DNA of 64,000 nt from Malacoraja senta (taxonomy: Eukaryota). The notes beneath the pieces were generated by a model. That model ran no database searches. It was not told the origin of the DNA and was given only the letters and a program-made list of their open reading frames with translations. The stretch spans positions 351,540,001 to 351,604,000 of the forward strand of contig CM075977.1 in assembly GCA_038087875.1 (NCBI GenBank). Reading direction: 5' to 3'. Below, piece after piece: positions 51,371 to 64,000 of the stretch. A program made the translations under genes and the position numbers. Numbering within the stretch: the stretch's first letter is position 1; each line of letters starts with the position of its first letter.

Positions 51371-51949
51371 GAGGAGTTAGCATAGATCGACCATAGTTGA
51401 ATTGCAAGTCAGGCTTGAGGGACCAAGTAGCCCCTGCTGCTTTGATATGTTCATGTGTTTGTGTTCTAAGATGGCACCAATCACACAGAAACCTGCTGCA
51501 GCCTCACCTACACAACAACCTCAGCCAGATGTGGCATCCAGAATCAACGAGGTGACAAACCACAAACAAGTTGTGACATTCTGCCATTTAAATGGACTTT
51601 AAAATATATGCCTTTTAAAATGACAGCAAAATTGAAATAGGCATAAAAACATTTTTTAAATGGCAAAACATTCAACCAGAGAGCTGTGAGAGCAAGTTAC
51701 AAATGCACTGAAAACAACGAATTTGCCTAGAATGGAGAAGACTGCTAATTTTGGGACAGGGGAAAGGGATATTTCTTTAAGACATTATCAATACACCCAA
51801 ATACCAGTAATGCATATTAATGAGATCAGTTTCCATGAATGCAATCAACCTGACGTGCACAATCAATTAAGATCAAATAGAATAAGTTGTCCTACAACTT
51901 TAGGCTGTGCATGCCATACGCAAGAAGAAGATCAGTGCTATACAAATGT

Positions 51950-52240
51950 AGCAGCATGGTGGCGCAGCAGTGGAGTTGTTGCTTTACAGTGCCAGAGACC
52001 AAGATTCGATCCTGACTACAGGTACTGTCCGTACGGAGTTTGTACGTTCTCCCTGTGACCGCTGGGTGCTCCAGTTTCATACCACATTTCAAAGTCATGC
52101 AGGTTCGTAGGGTAATTGACTTCTGAAAATTATTCCTAGAATGTAGGATAGAACTGGTGTAAGTAGAGATCATTCGTCGGTGTGCTCAATCAGCCCAAGG
52201 GCCTGTTTCCACGCAGTATCTCTAAACTTAACTGAACTAA
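51950..52240 (+). mobile_element. HE1-type SINE
   Basis: Box A TGGCGCAGCAGTGG, box B ATTCGATCC, (CTAAA)-like tail. Confidence 0.82.
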
Positions 52241-52832
52241 AGTCCTCGATAAACAGCCAGACTGCTAAACTCTCAAGGTGATGTAATAGTCATTTTCTGT
52301 TTTTGAAATGTTTGTGAACATGTTTTCTTTCAATGTTCTTTATTATAAACTTTAGTTTCCTTGATTTATCAATGACAAAATTGTGACACATCACTGAAAG
52401 AATGCAGGTCTCAGTAACTGCTTTTACTTCTGCTATTATATTCATATTCTTCAGGAATTCAATCTTTACCTAGCCTGAGTTAAATGTGACTCAAAATCTA
52501 ACAATGTACTTGACTCAAATGCAAACAAACTAAAATAATTTCTGAAAAAGATTAAACATTATTGAAATGACCCAACATATAAAGATTCAAGTTTATGGGA
52601 GAAAACTGGAGTGTGGGATACTACTGGAACTAAAAGAGACACAACAGATTGAATGGCACACTTCTCTGATGATTGTATTCTCCTCAATTTTGAGGGAGAT
52701 TCCAAGTAAAAGTCCTAAATGTGAATAATTATTCAAACCAGTTTATAATGTGAAGAATAACTGCAGCACTCTGGGAGAAGAATGGAGGAAGTTAGTTAAC
52801 TTAATTGGGTCTGAACTTCCATATTATTTATC

Positions 52833-52995
52833 TTCTTCTTCTTATCGAGTCCACACACAAGATTAGAAGTTGTTCTGCCAGAGCTGAACACACTTCTCGG
52901 CATCTGCATACAATGGTGTCTGTCGCGCTTCCTGCGCATGGTGGTGGAAAGATTGGTGGAAACAGGGCCGCGATGTGAACGCTCTTTCCTTGACC
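52833..52995 (-). mobile_element. Short non-LTR insertion with (AAG)n tail, possibly Vingi/Ingi-like
   Basis: Perfect 14-bp TSD CCATATTATTTATC (52819-52832, 52996-53009); minus strand ends ..AEKCVQLWQNNF* then GGACTCGATAAGAAGAAGAA. Confidence 0.6.
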
Positions 52996-53789
52996 CCATA
53001 TTATTTATCATTTGTTGCTTTATAATCTATATCAAAAATTAAATGTTTGTAAAAGTTAGCTACTCCCCAAAAATAAACGCAAAGATCTAATTCTATAATT
53101 TGAAAATATAGTTATCTATTTACTTTCTGTTGGGAAGTACTTCCTGCTGAACTGTTTGCTTTGAGGACAAATCACAGAACTGTGTGTAAAGTTCAGTAAG
53201 CCCCGAATGGACTCCTATTTTTCCCTTGTGTTTAAAATGAATGACTAGAAAATAATTTTCCACATGTTTCTGACTGTGTGAAAGACTCATTAAAGGTTGA
53301 AATCCTCAAAAATTATAGATGGATTAGGATCCCAACACCTCCACTACCTGATTCACAGCTCCCTTTTGATGTTCAGGTTTAGACGGAATATTGCAGGCAG
53401 TGAGGCACAGTAATAATTGTTTACCGAGACAAAGAACCAGTATGCCTTCCTGCGGTTTAATTTTTTCTCCCACCATTCCTTTTCAAAGAAACTGGGTGTG
53501 ACAAGTGATAAAGCAGTGGTCTGCACTTCATCATTTTAGAGCTGTATGGCATATGCTTTTGCCTTTCAAATTCCCTGGGAGTTTATAATTGATTATAACA
53601 CCGTGCTTAACACCTCTTGAAGGCAATAAATATGTTATTCTTTAAGTCACACGTTCCACTTAATTTCTTTATCATTTTTGAGTATTACTATTTTGCTGTT
53701 TGAATGCTTAGACTTTCCAACACTTGTAGGTTTTGCGAAAATTTGTAGAATTTGCAGATCCTAAAACAATTGATTTAAAAAAGATGAAA

Positions 53790-55040
53790 TCAGACAGTAT
53801 CTTTGAGGAATATGAAGCGAGCGGAAAATAACTCAAGTGGGCAATTAGAAGGGGCGAAAGGAGCTGTGAAATGCCATTGGCGTCGGATTAAAGAAAATCC
53901 CAAGGCTTTTTGTATGTACATTAAAAACAAGAAGGTAACCATGGAGAAGGTGGGAGCCATCAATGATAAGGTGGGAATTTATGCTTGGAGGGAAAGGATG
54001 TAAGAGGTATAATCAAGTGCATCTGTATTCACCAAGAAGGACATTGAAGACAGTGAGAGGGTGGGAAGGTATTCAAGAGGATTCTACAGGATTTAGGTTA
54101 ATTAGAGACAGTCAGCATGACTTTATACATGACAGGATGTATATTACTAACTTGATCAAGTTTTTTGATGAGTGATGGAGATGATCAATGTGGGTAAGAT
54201 GATGGATGTTGTCTACGAGGATTCTATTAAGGCATGGTAAACTGATTCAGAAGATTAGGAGGCATGAGATTAACAGGGCCTTAGTCAAACGGATTCAGAA
54301 CTGGCTCACGAGGATTGTAGTGGAAGGACAATATTCAGGCTGGAGGTCTGTGACCAGTGGAGTTCCGCAGGGATCTGTGCTGGTACCTACGCTAAATGAC
54401 TTGGACGTAAACGTAGACGGGTTGGTTAGTAAGTTTGCAGAATGACTGTGAGAACGACTGCCAAATTATATAGTGGGATAAAGATCAGCGACAGAAATGG
54501 GCAGAGAAATGGCAGGTGTAGTTTAATCAGCGCAAGTGTGAGGTGTTGCACTTTTGGAGGTTGAATTGTAAGGTCGGTGAACTGTCATCTTCGAAGGTTG
54601 AGGGAAACTGACTTTAGACACTTGAAAAGTAAGGAAGTTAGAAGTAACCACAAAGGTAGATGGGAATGCAGTGTTGAGGTGAAAATCAGATCAGCCATGA
54701 TCTTACTAATAACAGAACGTACTTGTAATTTGCATGTTAGCATGCTGGTGGACAATCAAAAACTAGAGGACGTTAGGGTGAGAGAGGAAAGATTTAAAAG
54801 GAACCTGAGGTGCAACTTTTTTCATGGAGGGTGGTGAGTATTTTGAACAAGCTGCCAAAGGAAGTAGTTGAGACAGATACAATAATAGCATTTAAAAGAC
54901 ATTTGTACAGGGACATGGAAAGGAAAGGTTTAAAGGGATATGGGCCAAACAGGGGCAAGTGGGACAAGCTTAGATGGGGCATCATGGTCAACATCGACAA
55001 GTTGAGCCAAAGGTCCTGTTTCTGTTTTGTGTGACTCTAT
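53790..55040 (+). mobile_element. Old, internally deleted CR1
   Basis: RIKENPKAF, LIRDSQHDF, VTSGVPQGSVL, SKFA and NKLPKEVVE motifs. Confidence 0.8.
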
Positions 55041-56392
55041 GTCCATATATAGAAATACAATTGGGATATATCACTTTCTTCATTTGCCGTACTAAGCAAT
55101 TTACTAAGAGATTGTTACATGGGACCCCCTTTGCCTCAAGGCAGTAGGGCCCTTGTTTGTGGTCTGGTGGCCTATCAACAAAATAATAAAAATGTTACAA
55201 AATCATTTCAGCTTATCATTTCAGCTTATCATTTCAGCTTTCTGATTATAAAAGTTATGGAATGATGCTGGTAACTTTAGGTCAGGTGAGACAATTAATG
55301 GCCACCTATGTGTAGGAAAGAACTGCAGATTCTGGTTTAAATCGAAGGTAGACACAAAATGCTGGAGTAACTCAGTGGGTCAGGCAGCATCTCTGGATGC
55401 TGGATTAATGGCCACCTAGTTCCTCTGAAAGTCTATCAGATTTGATGTGTTTCTGAATCAGATGCCAAGAGGTAGGTGGTATGTAGACTAATGGATGTGC
55501 ACATGCAGCCTATGTCACTTAACACGAGATTTAATTTTGGAACAACTATACAAGTTAACTATAATTTATGGAAATGGTGTCTGAAATTATCAAGAGTCAA
55601 GTGTTTTTTAATTGTCATATGCACCGGGACTGGTAGACAGTCAGAACCGTTTTCCCAGGGTGGAAATGTCAAAGACTAGAGCTTTAAAGTGAGAGGAGCA
55701 AAGTGTGAATGAGATGTACAAGGCAAGTTTTTACAAGACAGCAGTGGGTGCCTGGGATGTGCTGCCAGGGGTGATGGTGGACACAGATATGATAGTGAAA
55801 TTTAAGAGGCTTTTGGAAAGGCATGTGGATATCCAAGGAATTGGGGAATATGGATCCGGTCCAGGTAGAGAAGATTAGTTTAAATTGTCGTCATGTTCAG
55901 CACGGACATTGTGGGCTGAAGACCCTGTTTTGCACTGTCTATAGAACATGAAATTCTCCCTTGCTGCAGCTTTACACACAGACTAACGCAACAAGACAAC
56001 AGATAAATATACAATAATACAATAAATTATCAGTTATTTTTGATAACCAGACCACAGTTGAAGTATGTAGTGCAATCTTATACTAAATCCATAGTAGTTT
56101 GGTACTGAGATATAGGATAGTTCATGGGACATGACATTTAGGAATTTGCACTAAACGCTGTAATTTCAGTAATCCTCAGCTCCTAAAAAAGGAGAAAATA
56201 TTTAAAATCTGTCAGGCATGGCGATATAAAGAAAAAATATGTCAAAATTAAAGTAAAAGTTAATAATTAAGTGATAAACATGGGACTAGTGACAGCCACA
56301 AATTGCTATATCATGGGAAGGGAAACTAATAACCAAAGGATTAGGAAGGTCCAATTAACCACACATGGATCAAAATTGGGAAACACCCTCCG

Positions 56393-56426
56393 AGTCTGAA
56401 GAAGGGTCTCGACCCGAAACGTCACC
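56393..56426 (+). ncRNA. Minimal type I hammerhead ribozyme motif (intact core)
   Basis: AGT-CTGAAGA-A-GGGT CTCG ACCC-GAAA-C-GTC^ACC. Confidence 0.7.
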
Positions 56427-56739
56427 TAGTCCATTTCTTCAGAGTTGCTGTCTGACCCGCTGAGTTACTCCAGCTTTTTGTGTCTAGCCTCTGGCAAGAC
56501 CCTGCAATAAGTGTCTCCTATGAATCTCCTGTGGTTGAAAGGGAGGAGAATGGATTAGAAAAATATATTCACCTTGACCATATCACAATTATATTTAAAG
56601 AAAGATCTGAAACAATATGCAGCGATGTTCAAAGATTCATACATTCGCATGCATCAAGGTCTATAAATTTCACTTATTAAATAAAGCAACAAACCAATCT
56701 AAATCAAGGTCAGCACTGTAAATTCAAGCAGAGTAAGAG

Positions 56740-57080
56740 CTCAACAAACTTGCATTCTCATCTCCTTACTGTACTACCTTTACAATGATTTTTTTGTGCT
56801 AACTCCATTTATATGTTTGCTGATGACATCACTGTTGCAGGCCAGATCTCAAACAATGGCAAGACGGAGTACATGAAGGAGATGAGTGTCAATGTTACTA
56901 GCTAAAGGAGCTAGTTATAGACATAAGAAAATGAGGAAGATACACACCACAGTCAGCAGCAATTATACTGAAGTGGAAATTGTCTTCAGCTTCACGTTTC
57001 TAGGTGTAAATACTCAGCAAGAATGTGTTCTGATCCAACCACATTTATGCGACACCAAGAAACCATACAACACCCTGTGA
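56740..57080 (+). mobile_element. Degraded Rex1-like RT fragment (a similar piece lies at about 57935-58080)
   Basis: MFADDITVAGQISNNGKTEYMKE. Confidence 0.6.
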
Positions 57081-57673
57081 CTTACAGGTGGTGAAAATGC
57101 AGGATTGCTGCATTAGGTTGTCTGACCCCTGACCTGATCTTGTAACTGCAGCGTTTGTTATGGTTAGTCCAGTTGAGTGTTACTAGTAAGTCCCAAAAGT
57201 GGACCTGCAAGATGGTGGCAGCAGTGGACGGAAGAAAAGAACAGTGCCGGCGAGCAGGCTCAGGAATTACATCCTGGACACTGGAGGTTCTCTGGCTGCT
57301 CCGAGGTTGGCTGCAGGAGACATCCTGGGGCATGGTGGCCACATGAGGCGGGCAACGGCGCATTCGTGGGTGGATGTGTCTGGGTTGAGGTGTCGGATTG
57401 ATGCCCGTTCCCCTTCAGTCTCTGTCTCAGCCGAAGTGTGTTCTGATGCTATGTGGCTGCCTAGTACAGCCTCTCTTTAAGGGCTGTCTCTTTTTTGTTG
57501 AAAGCTGCATAAAATCAGAGAAATCTGCATCAGGAATCAAGTGTGTTCAGTTTTTGTGCCGGTTTCTGAATGTTAATCACCTATCACATTTTCAAACTGG
57601 CATTTGGCTCACTTCATAATCTCCACCATCAATAATTATATATTATTCAAAATTGCATCCCCAACAAATCACT

Positions 57674-57707
57674 AGTCTGAAGAAGGGTCCCGACCCGAAA
57701 TGTCACC
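57674..57707 (+). ncRNA. Hammerhead-like motif in a Penelope-derived unit (one CpG-type change in stem III)
   Basis: AGT-CTGAAGA-A-GGGT CCCG ACCC-GAAA-T-GTC^ACC. Confidence 0.6.
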
Positions 57708-58359
57708 CATCCTTTTCCTCCAGAGATGCTGCCTGACCCGCTGAGTTATTCCAGCACTTTGTGTCTATCTTTGATACAAACCCGAATCTGCAGTTCTTTG
57801 TTTCTAGAACAATATTGAGCCCATGTTTTCATATTTTAATGGCGATCAGGAAACTCAGCCCAAACATTCTTGTGAAATTTTCATGGGTCTTAATATCATT
57901 TTCTCAGAATAAAGCTCCAAAAATAATTTCAATCAATGACAAGATAGGGTACAGGAAGGAGATGAGAGCTTAGTAACGGTGTCAATGTCAGCAAGACAAT
58001 TGAGCTAGTTATGGACATCAGGAAATGAGGCAGTTTACACACCACAGACAGCATCAAATGTACTGAAGTGGAAATGCCCAAACATTTCGGTGAAATTTTA
58101 ACTTGTCTTAATATAATTTTCTTAGAATAAAGCTCACAAAATAATTCCCCCCCACTGTGAACCGCTCCAAACTTTATTTCCACTATGATTTCAACTGCCA
58201 CTGTCCAGGAAAACAATGTCTCTTCTGTTATGCATGGAATTATCTGCTTTACTATCCCCATTTCATCTGAAACTACACTATTTAATGGGCCAACATGCAA
58301 GTTACCATCCTGAGATCAGAGACTTCCTGTGATGTCATATCCAATCGGACTCAGACTTA

Positions 58360-58878
58360 AAGGCCTGTCTCACGAGTCTGCAGTCATTGGCGGTGATACA
58401 GGAAGTATCTACCGCTCGTGGACCGCCAGAGACCGCGGGTTCGGTCAAACGCACACTGCCGAGGACGTGCGGCGTTGGTCCCAACACCGCACGGTGCTCA
58501 CAAAAAGTCAACAATGTCTAAAAATAATTTCTTACCGCACAGCCGCTGCCAGTGAAGCACGAGTGCGGCACGGTCACCGCCACAGCCGCCGCCAGTGCGG
58601 CACGAGCGCCATGAGTCGAACTTTCACCGCCACAGCGAGGCACGTGTGCGGCACGGCCGCCGCCACAGCCCCGCGATCCGAAAGAAGTCATCGCGTAGCG
58701 CGTCGCGTTGCGCGATGACGTCATCACCCGACGCCGCAAGCTCGTGGAACCGGCCGTCGGAGATCACTCGGCCCCCGCGCAGCATCCGTGCGGCGCTCTT
58801 GTGGTTGCCGTGCGGTCCCCTCTTCCGGCGACGCCGCGCTTCACCGCCAATGACCGCAACACCGTGAGACAGAGCCTT
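58360..58878. mobile_element. CpG-rich MITE with ~38-bp TIRs (PIF/Harbinger-like or TA-TSD type)
   Basis: Left AAGGC-CTGTCTCACGAGTCTGCAGTCATTGGCGGTGA; right reverse complement AAGGCTCTGTCTCACGGTGTTGCGGTCATTGGCGGTGA; flanked by TA (TAA/TTA). Confidence 0.8.
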
Positions 58879-58896
58879 TAGAGATTATCCAACAAA

Positions 58897-60500
58897 AGAC
58901 AATAGACAATAGACAATAGGTGCAGGAGTAGGCCATTCGGCCCTTCGAGCCAGCACCGCCATTCAATGTGATCATGGCTGATCATCCACAATCAGTACCC
59001 CGTTCCTGCCTTCTCCCCATATCTCTTGACTCCGCTATCCTTAAGAGCTCTATCTAACTCTCTCTTGAAAGCATCCAGAGAATTGGCCTCCACTGCCTTC
59101 TGAGGCAGAGAATTCCACAGATTCACAACTCTCTCTGTGAAAATGTTTTTCCTCATCTCTGTTCTAAATGGCTTACCCCTTATTCTAGGCATAAGCTCAG
59201 GGGCGACCGCGCCCTTGCGGTTGCAGCCCCTAGACTGTGGAACAGCATCCCCTTTCCCATCAGAACTGCCCCCTCCATCGACTCTTTTAAGTCAAGACTA
59301 AAAACGTATCTATACTCCCAAGCCTTTCCTGATGTCCTCTGAGTGAGGGCTACATGTATATATGTGTATAGTTTGTTTTGTTTATGCTATTCTTATAACA
59401 AATGTAAAGCACTTTGGCCAACGAGAGTTGTTTTTTAAATGTGCTATATAAATAAATGTGACTTGACTTGACTTATTCTTAAACTGTGGCCCCTGGTTCT
59501 GGACTCCCCCAACATCGGGAACATATTTCCTGCTTCTAGTGTGTCCAAACCCTTAATAATGTTATATGTTTCAATAAGATCCCCTCTTATCCTTCTAAAT
59601 TCCAGAGTATAAAAGACAAGCCGCTCCATTCTATCAATATATGACAGTCCCGCCATCCCGGGAATGAACCTCGTGAACCTACGCTGCACTCCCTCAATAG
59701 CAAGAATGTCCTTCCTCAAATTTGGAGACCAAAATTGCACACAATACTCCAGGGCCTTGTACAACTGCAGAAGGCCCTCTTTGCTCCTATACTCAACTCC
59801 TCTTGTTATGGCCAACATGCCATTCACTTTCTTCACTGCCTGCTGTACCTACATGCTTACTTTCAGTGGCTGTTGAACAAGGACCCCCAGATCTCATTGT
59901 ACTTCCCCTTTTCCCTTGACATCATTCAGATAATAATCTGCCTTTCCGTTTTTGCCACCAAAATGGATGGGACACATTTATCCATATTAAACTGCATCTG
60001 CCATGCATCTGCCCACTCACCCAACCTGTCCAGGTCACCCTCCATCCTCATAGCATCCTCCTCACAGTTCACACTGCCACCCAGCTTTGTGTCATCAGCA
60101 AATTTGCTAATATTACTTTTAATCCCTTCATCTAAATCATTAATGTATATTGTAAATAGCTGCGGTCCCAGCACTGAGCCTTGCGGTACCCCACTAGTCA
60201 CTGCCTGCCATTCTGAAAGGGACCCGTTAATCCCTACTCTTTGTTTCCTGTCTGCCAACCAATTTTCTAACCATGTCAGTACCCTACCGCCAATACCATG
60301 TGTTCTAACACCATGTGCTCTAATTTTGCCCACTAATATCCTTTGTTGGACCTTATCAAATGCTCAAATTCTGAAAGTCCAGGTACACAACATCCACTGT
60401 CTCTCCCTTGTCCATTTTCGTAGTTACATCCTCAAAAATTTCCAGAAGATTAGACAAGCATGATTTCCCCTTCGTAAATCCATGCTGACTCGGACCAATC
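58897..60500 (-). mobile_element. CR1 LINE interrupted by an L2 3' end
   Basis: ORFs 59926-60333, 59444-59836 and 58992-59192 are colinear CR1 RT segments; (CAATAGA)n tail on +. Confidence 0.9.
59187..59471 (+). mobile_element. L2-clade LINE 3' end
   Basis: RGDRALAVAAPRLWNSIPFPIRTAPSIDSFKSRLKTYLYSQAF; TGTAAAGCACTTTG..AATAAA; (GACTT)n tail; 8-bp TSD CTTATTCT (59179-59186, 59472-59479). Confidence 0.85.
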
Positions 60501-60890
60501 CTACTGGGGCAATCTTCATGCCCTTCGATTTACTATGAGTAGTCTGCATCTCCCTCTCCCACCATTGTCACATCTATTCAATGACTGGAAAGAGTGGTGC
60601 TTATATTGGGATATCACTCTTTAAGGCCTGACTGGTGAGGACAAAGGTGCTGGGCTAAATGCTGGCAGCTGCAACAGCCTACAACAGATCAAAACAATAG
60701 CAGGTGCTGAAACTAACATGCCAGAATACAAATATCTGAATTAACAAATTACATAAAGAAATGTGTTAAATCACTACCAAGATCAGTTGAAAGAAACATA
60801 TTTTAAGGGAGGCTTAATATTTACTTTCAGCTGAGCTAGACAGTGAATGAATGGTGATGGAGCCTGGATGTAAAGAGGTATCAGAGTGAA

Positions 60891-61098
60891 TAGGAAGGAA
60901 CTGCAGATGCTGGTTTACACTGAAGATAGACACAAAATGCTGGATTATCTCAGCGGGTCAGTTAGCATCTCTGGAGAAAAGGTTAGGTAATGTTTCGGAT
61001 CGAGACCCTACCTCAACCTGAGTTTCCACCCGAAACGTCACCTACTCCTTTTCTCCAGAGATGCTGCCTGACCTGCTGGGTTACTCAAGCATTTTGTC
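60891..61098. mobile_element. Inverted pair of Penelope-derived units
   Basis: Arms are reverse complements; ATCA(G/A)AGTG flanks; plus arm retains CCCGAAACGTCACC. Confidence 0.7.
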
Positions 61099-63058
61099 AT
61101 CAAAGTGGAACCAGCCTCACAGAAGGTGCTAAGATTGGCACAGGCCAATTAGGTTGAATGGTTTGATTAGATGTAGTAGTTTCAATGAAGATAATTGAAC
61201 TTTCTGTGTTTGTGTAAAATGCATGATTTAAAATTGGTTTCCATTATTACTGAAATGAAAGGAGGAACTCCTGAGAATAATAGGTAGGCTTTAATACTTG
61301 GCCAACTTGTTATTGCCTGCCCTACACATTGCAAACCCCTCCCTAAATTCCCACCTCCACCCTTCAACCACTTTCCCATTCCTGTCCCACCATCCTACCC
61401 CACCAATGGTTGCAAAACAAGGTTAGATATTCCATTCCTCAATAATGGCATCCAAAGGAGACAATAGAAAATAAATTAGTTCTTGGTTGCATGCGATGAA
61501 CACATAATATAATGGTGAGTGCATGATAACCATTATATTATGGTCATCATACACTCACGACCATAATATAATGGTCGTGCAGCAGATGATAAATTCTTGC
61601 TGGCTCAGTTTCACTACTGATTTCCATCCTAAGAAAACAATCCACATTTATTTTCATGTAATTACAGTTAGAAAATGTTAACATACATTTGATACAAACA
61701 AAATGTATTCTATTTTTTCATCACCTGCTATAATGTAAAGCCATTTTTGTGACACCCTCTACATTACCTCCACGTTCGTCTTTATGCTGTACAGGATCTT
61801 TATTACTAGCCTGTAACTGACCTATAATTTTTTGCTTATCCGCCCAAGCAATGTAAATTCTGTATTCCAAATGCATTCCAGCAGACAGCCCGATGACTTT
61901 ATTTACTGAACTAAAGGGAAGCAATTTCAGCATCGGCTGGGGAAAATATATAAATATTGATTCCATAACTTAGAAGATACAGTAAAAGACTGACCCTCCC
62001 TCACCCTTTTAGTGGAACAATGCCATAAATAAATTTTATCTCCACGTCTTTAGTAGTTCGATTGCTGTTTAATTCATCCAGTAAAGAATCTTCATTATCA
62101 TTGTGCCTGTTGGATAGGATGAAATGACAAGTATAATCCTGGAGATGGACTATTTTGTGCAAATCACTACACAGGATACTATGCAATGTCAACTAAGTTC
62201 TTTATTTATGATGCACTCCAAAAGCCCGTTTGTAATGAACAAACATTATTCTGGAGCTAAAGGGCACAACTGACAAATGTTGTTTATATAAATTCCTACC
62301 CGCAATGAAAACAAAATCAATAAATGCAATTCTGGAATGAAGGAAAAATGTCTTCCTGCCATTTTGGGTCAAGGTCCACTCATTTATTTACTTATTTTTC
62401 AAAGGAGAAAGACTTTGTTACCAACAGTATTAACATGATTTTGTTTTATAAATTAAGTTCATCACAGAAGGAAATCTCTTTCTTTCAAGAGAAGTTGGTT
62501 AGGATGAAATGGGTCATCTATTACAAGCATTCATTTTGGCTCATGGCGTGACATTAATCTTTTGACTGTCTCTCAGATAGAATTTGCTTGAAAACTTAAC
62601 CAGTGCAGATTTGAAGTTGGCTGCTTTTGAAGTTATAGATTTTCAAAGAGTGTAATGAATGTTTTTTTTACTGAGAAGACAAATTAATCTAAGGTGTCAG
62701 CTCTCAGTCGTGGGGCACGATTAAACTTAATTATTTGGTTTTCCAATGGTACTGAGAAAAACCATAGATGTGAGTGTGTCAGTCTCTTTATATTAAAAAT
62801 ACACAGTGCAGGAAAAGGTGAGGACATTTTAACACATTTTAAATATTTATTATTATCATCTATATATGATTTATTCCAGTTTTTAAAGTGGCAATATAGC
62901 AACAAAATAACCAGAGAAATGTTTTTTTTTTTAAACTTGAATCTTCCGCAATGCCAATGCTCAGTAGTTGGAAAGAATTTGAAGAATTTTAGATCCCGAA
63001 AAAAAATCCTTAATATGTGCTTGTTCTCATAGCATGTTCTTAAAGCCTCCTTGAAGAA

Positions 63059-63580
63059 ATAGAAACATAGAAAATAGGTGCAGGAGTAGGCCATTTGGCC
63101 CTTCGAGCCAGCATCACCTTTCAATGTGATCATGACTAATCATCCACAATCAGTACCCCGTTCCTGCCTTCTCCCCATATTGTGTTGGTCCCTTGATTCC
63201 GCTAGCCCTAAGAGCTCTATCTAACTCTCTTTTGAATGCATCCAGTGAATCGCCCTCCACTGGCTTCTGAGGCAGAGAATTCCACAAATTCACAACTCTC
63301 TAGGTGAAAAAGCTTCTCCTCATCTCACTCCTCATCTCTAGCCTACCCCTTATTCTTAAACTGTGACTCCTGGTTTTGGACTCCCCCAACATCAGGAACA
63401 TTTTTCCTGCATCTAGCCTGTCCAATCCCTTAATAATTTTATGTTTTTATATGATCCCCTCTCATCCTAAATTCCAGTGAATACAAGCCCAGTCGTTCCA
63501 TTCTTTCATCATATGACAGTCGCACCATCACGGGAATTAACCTAGTGAACCTACACTGCACTCCCTCAATAGCAAGAATG
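63059..63580 (-). mobile_element. 5'-truncated CR1
   Basis: ATAGAAACATAGAAA tail on + and CR1 RT C-terminal sequence. Confidence 0.88.
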
Positions 63581-64000
63581 TAGCATCTTCACCGAATAAA
63601 GAGCCCCTTAAAGATCAACAATGTTTATCATCAGCCTGTCGAGGCACGGGCGATGGGCAAAGTGTCAAATTAATATATCTCGTCTGTGTTTACTGTAGCC
63701 ATGGGGGGGGGGGAGGGGGCGTGTCCCCTCCGTGTTTTGAGAGGTGGGGGATAATCCCCCCCATGTTTTGTGAAATGTATTTTGCAATCATTTCCCACCC
63801 GACCGCGCACTGCGGGGTCGCGGCCGCATGCATGGTCAGCTGGCTCAGACTCTGAAAATAATTAAACGTCATCCTTTGGTAATGATAAACACTCCTCCAT
63901 TCCTCCTACCATACACAAAATAGATTGCAGCAAAAGCAAAACCGCCTTGGAATTTTACATTTTTAAAAAGCTCTCGGGATTAATGAGTACTGCAGAACGA

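Noticed and set aside
55202-55240. 13-bp tandem repeat ATCATTTCAGCTT x3
   Set aside because: Ordinary slippage duplication.
63690-63850. G-rich and CpG-rich patch resembling a DNA transposon end
   Set aside because: No partner TIR or TSD is visible before the window edge.

Overview
Eukaryotic, repeat-dominated intergenic or intronic DNA, most likely from a cartilaginous fish (skate/ray). This is inferred from HER1-type CR1 LINEs with (CATAGAAA)n-type tails, HE1/V-SINE-type SINEs and SacSINE1-like remnants. I find no convincing host protein-coding exon; every long ORF is transposon-derived or antisense noise. Main contents: (1) many CR1 copies of several ages, including one with ORF1 esterase and most of ORF2 (45.3-48.4 kb); (2) a structurally complete but inactivated DIRS1-type tyrosine-recombinase retrotransposon (26.3-31.2 kb) with gag, RT, RNase H, adenine-methyltransferase-like and YR regions, ITRs and an internal complementary region, nested in a Rex1/Babar LINE that is itself in an old CR1; (3) over 15 Penelope-derived short elements carrying minimal type I hammerhead ribozyme motifs, as solo units, head-to-head pairs and a TSD-bounded tandem array at 17.7-19.2 kb that resembles a non-LTR retrozyme; (4) several short non-autonomous elements with clear ends or TSDs (Helitron-like, RTE-like, Vingi-like, a GC-rich Rex-tailed element, a MITE and an L2 3' end). 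Family assignments come from motif recognition only; no database search was run.
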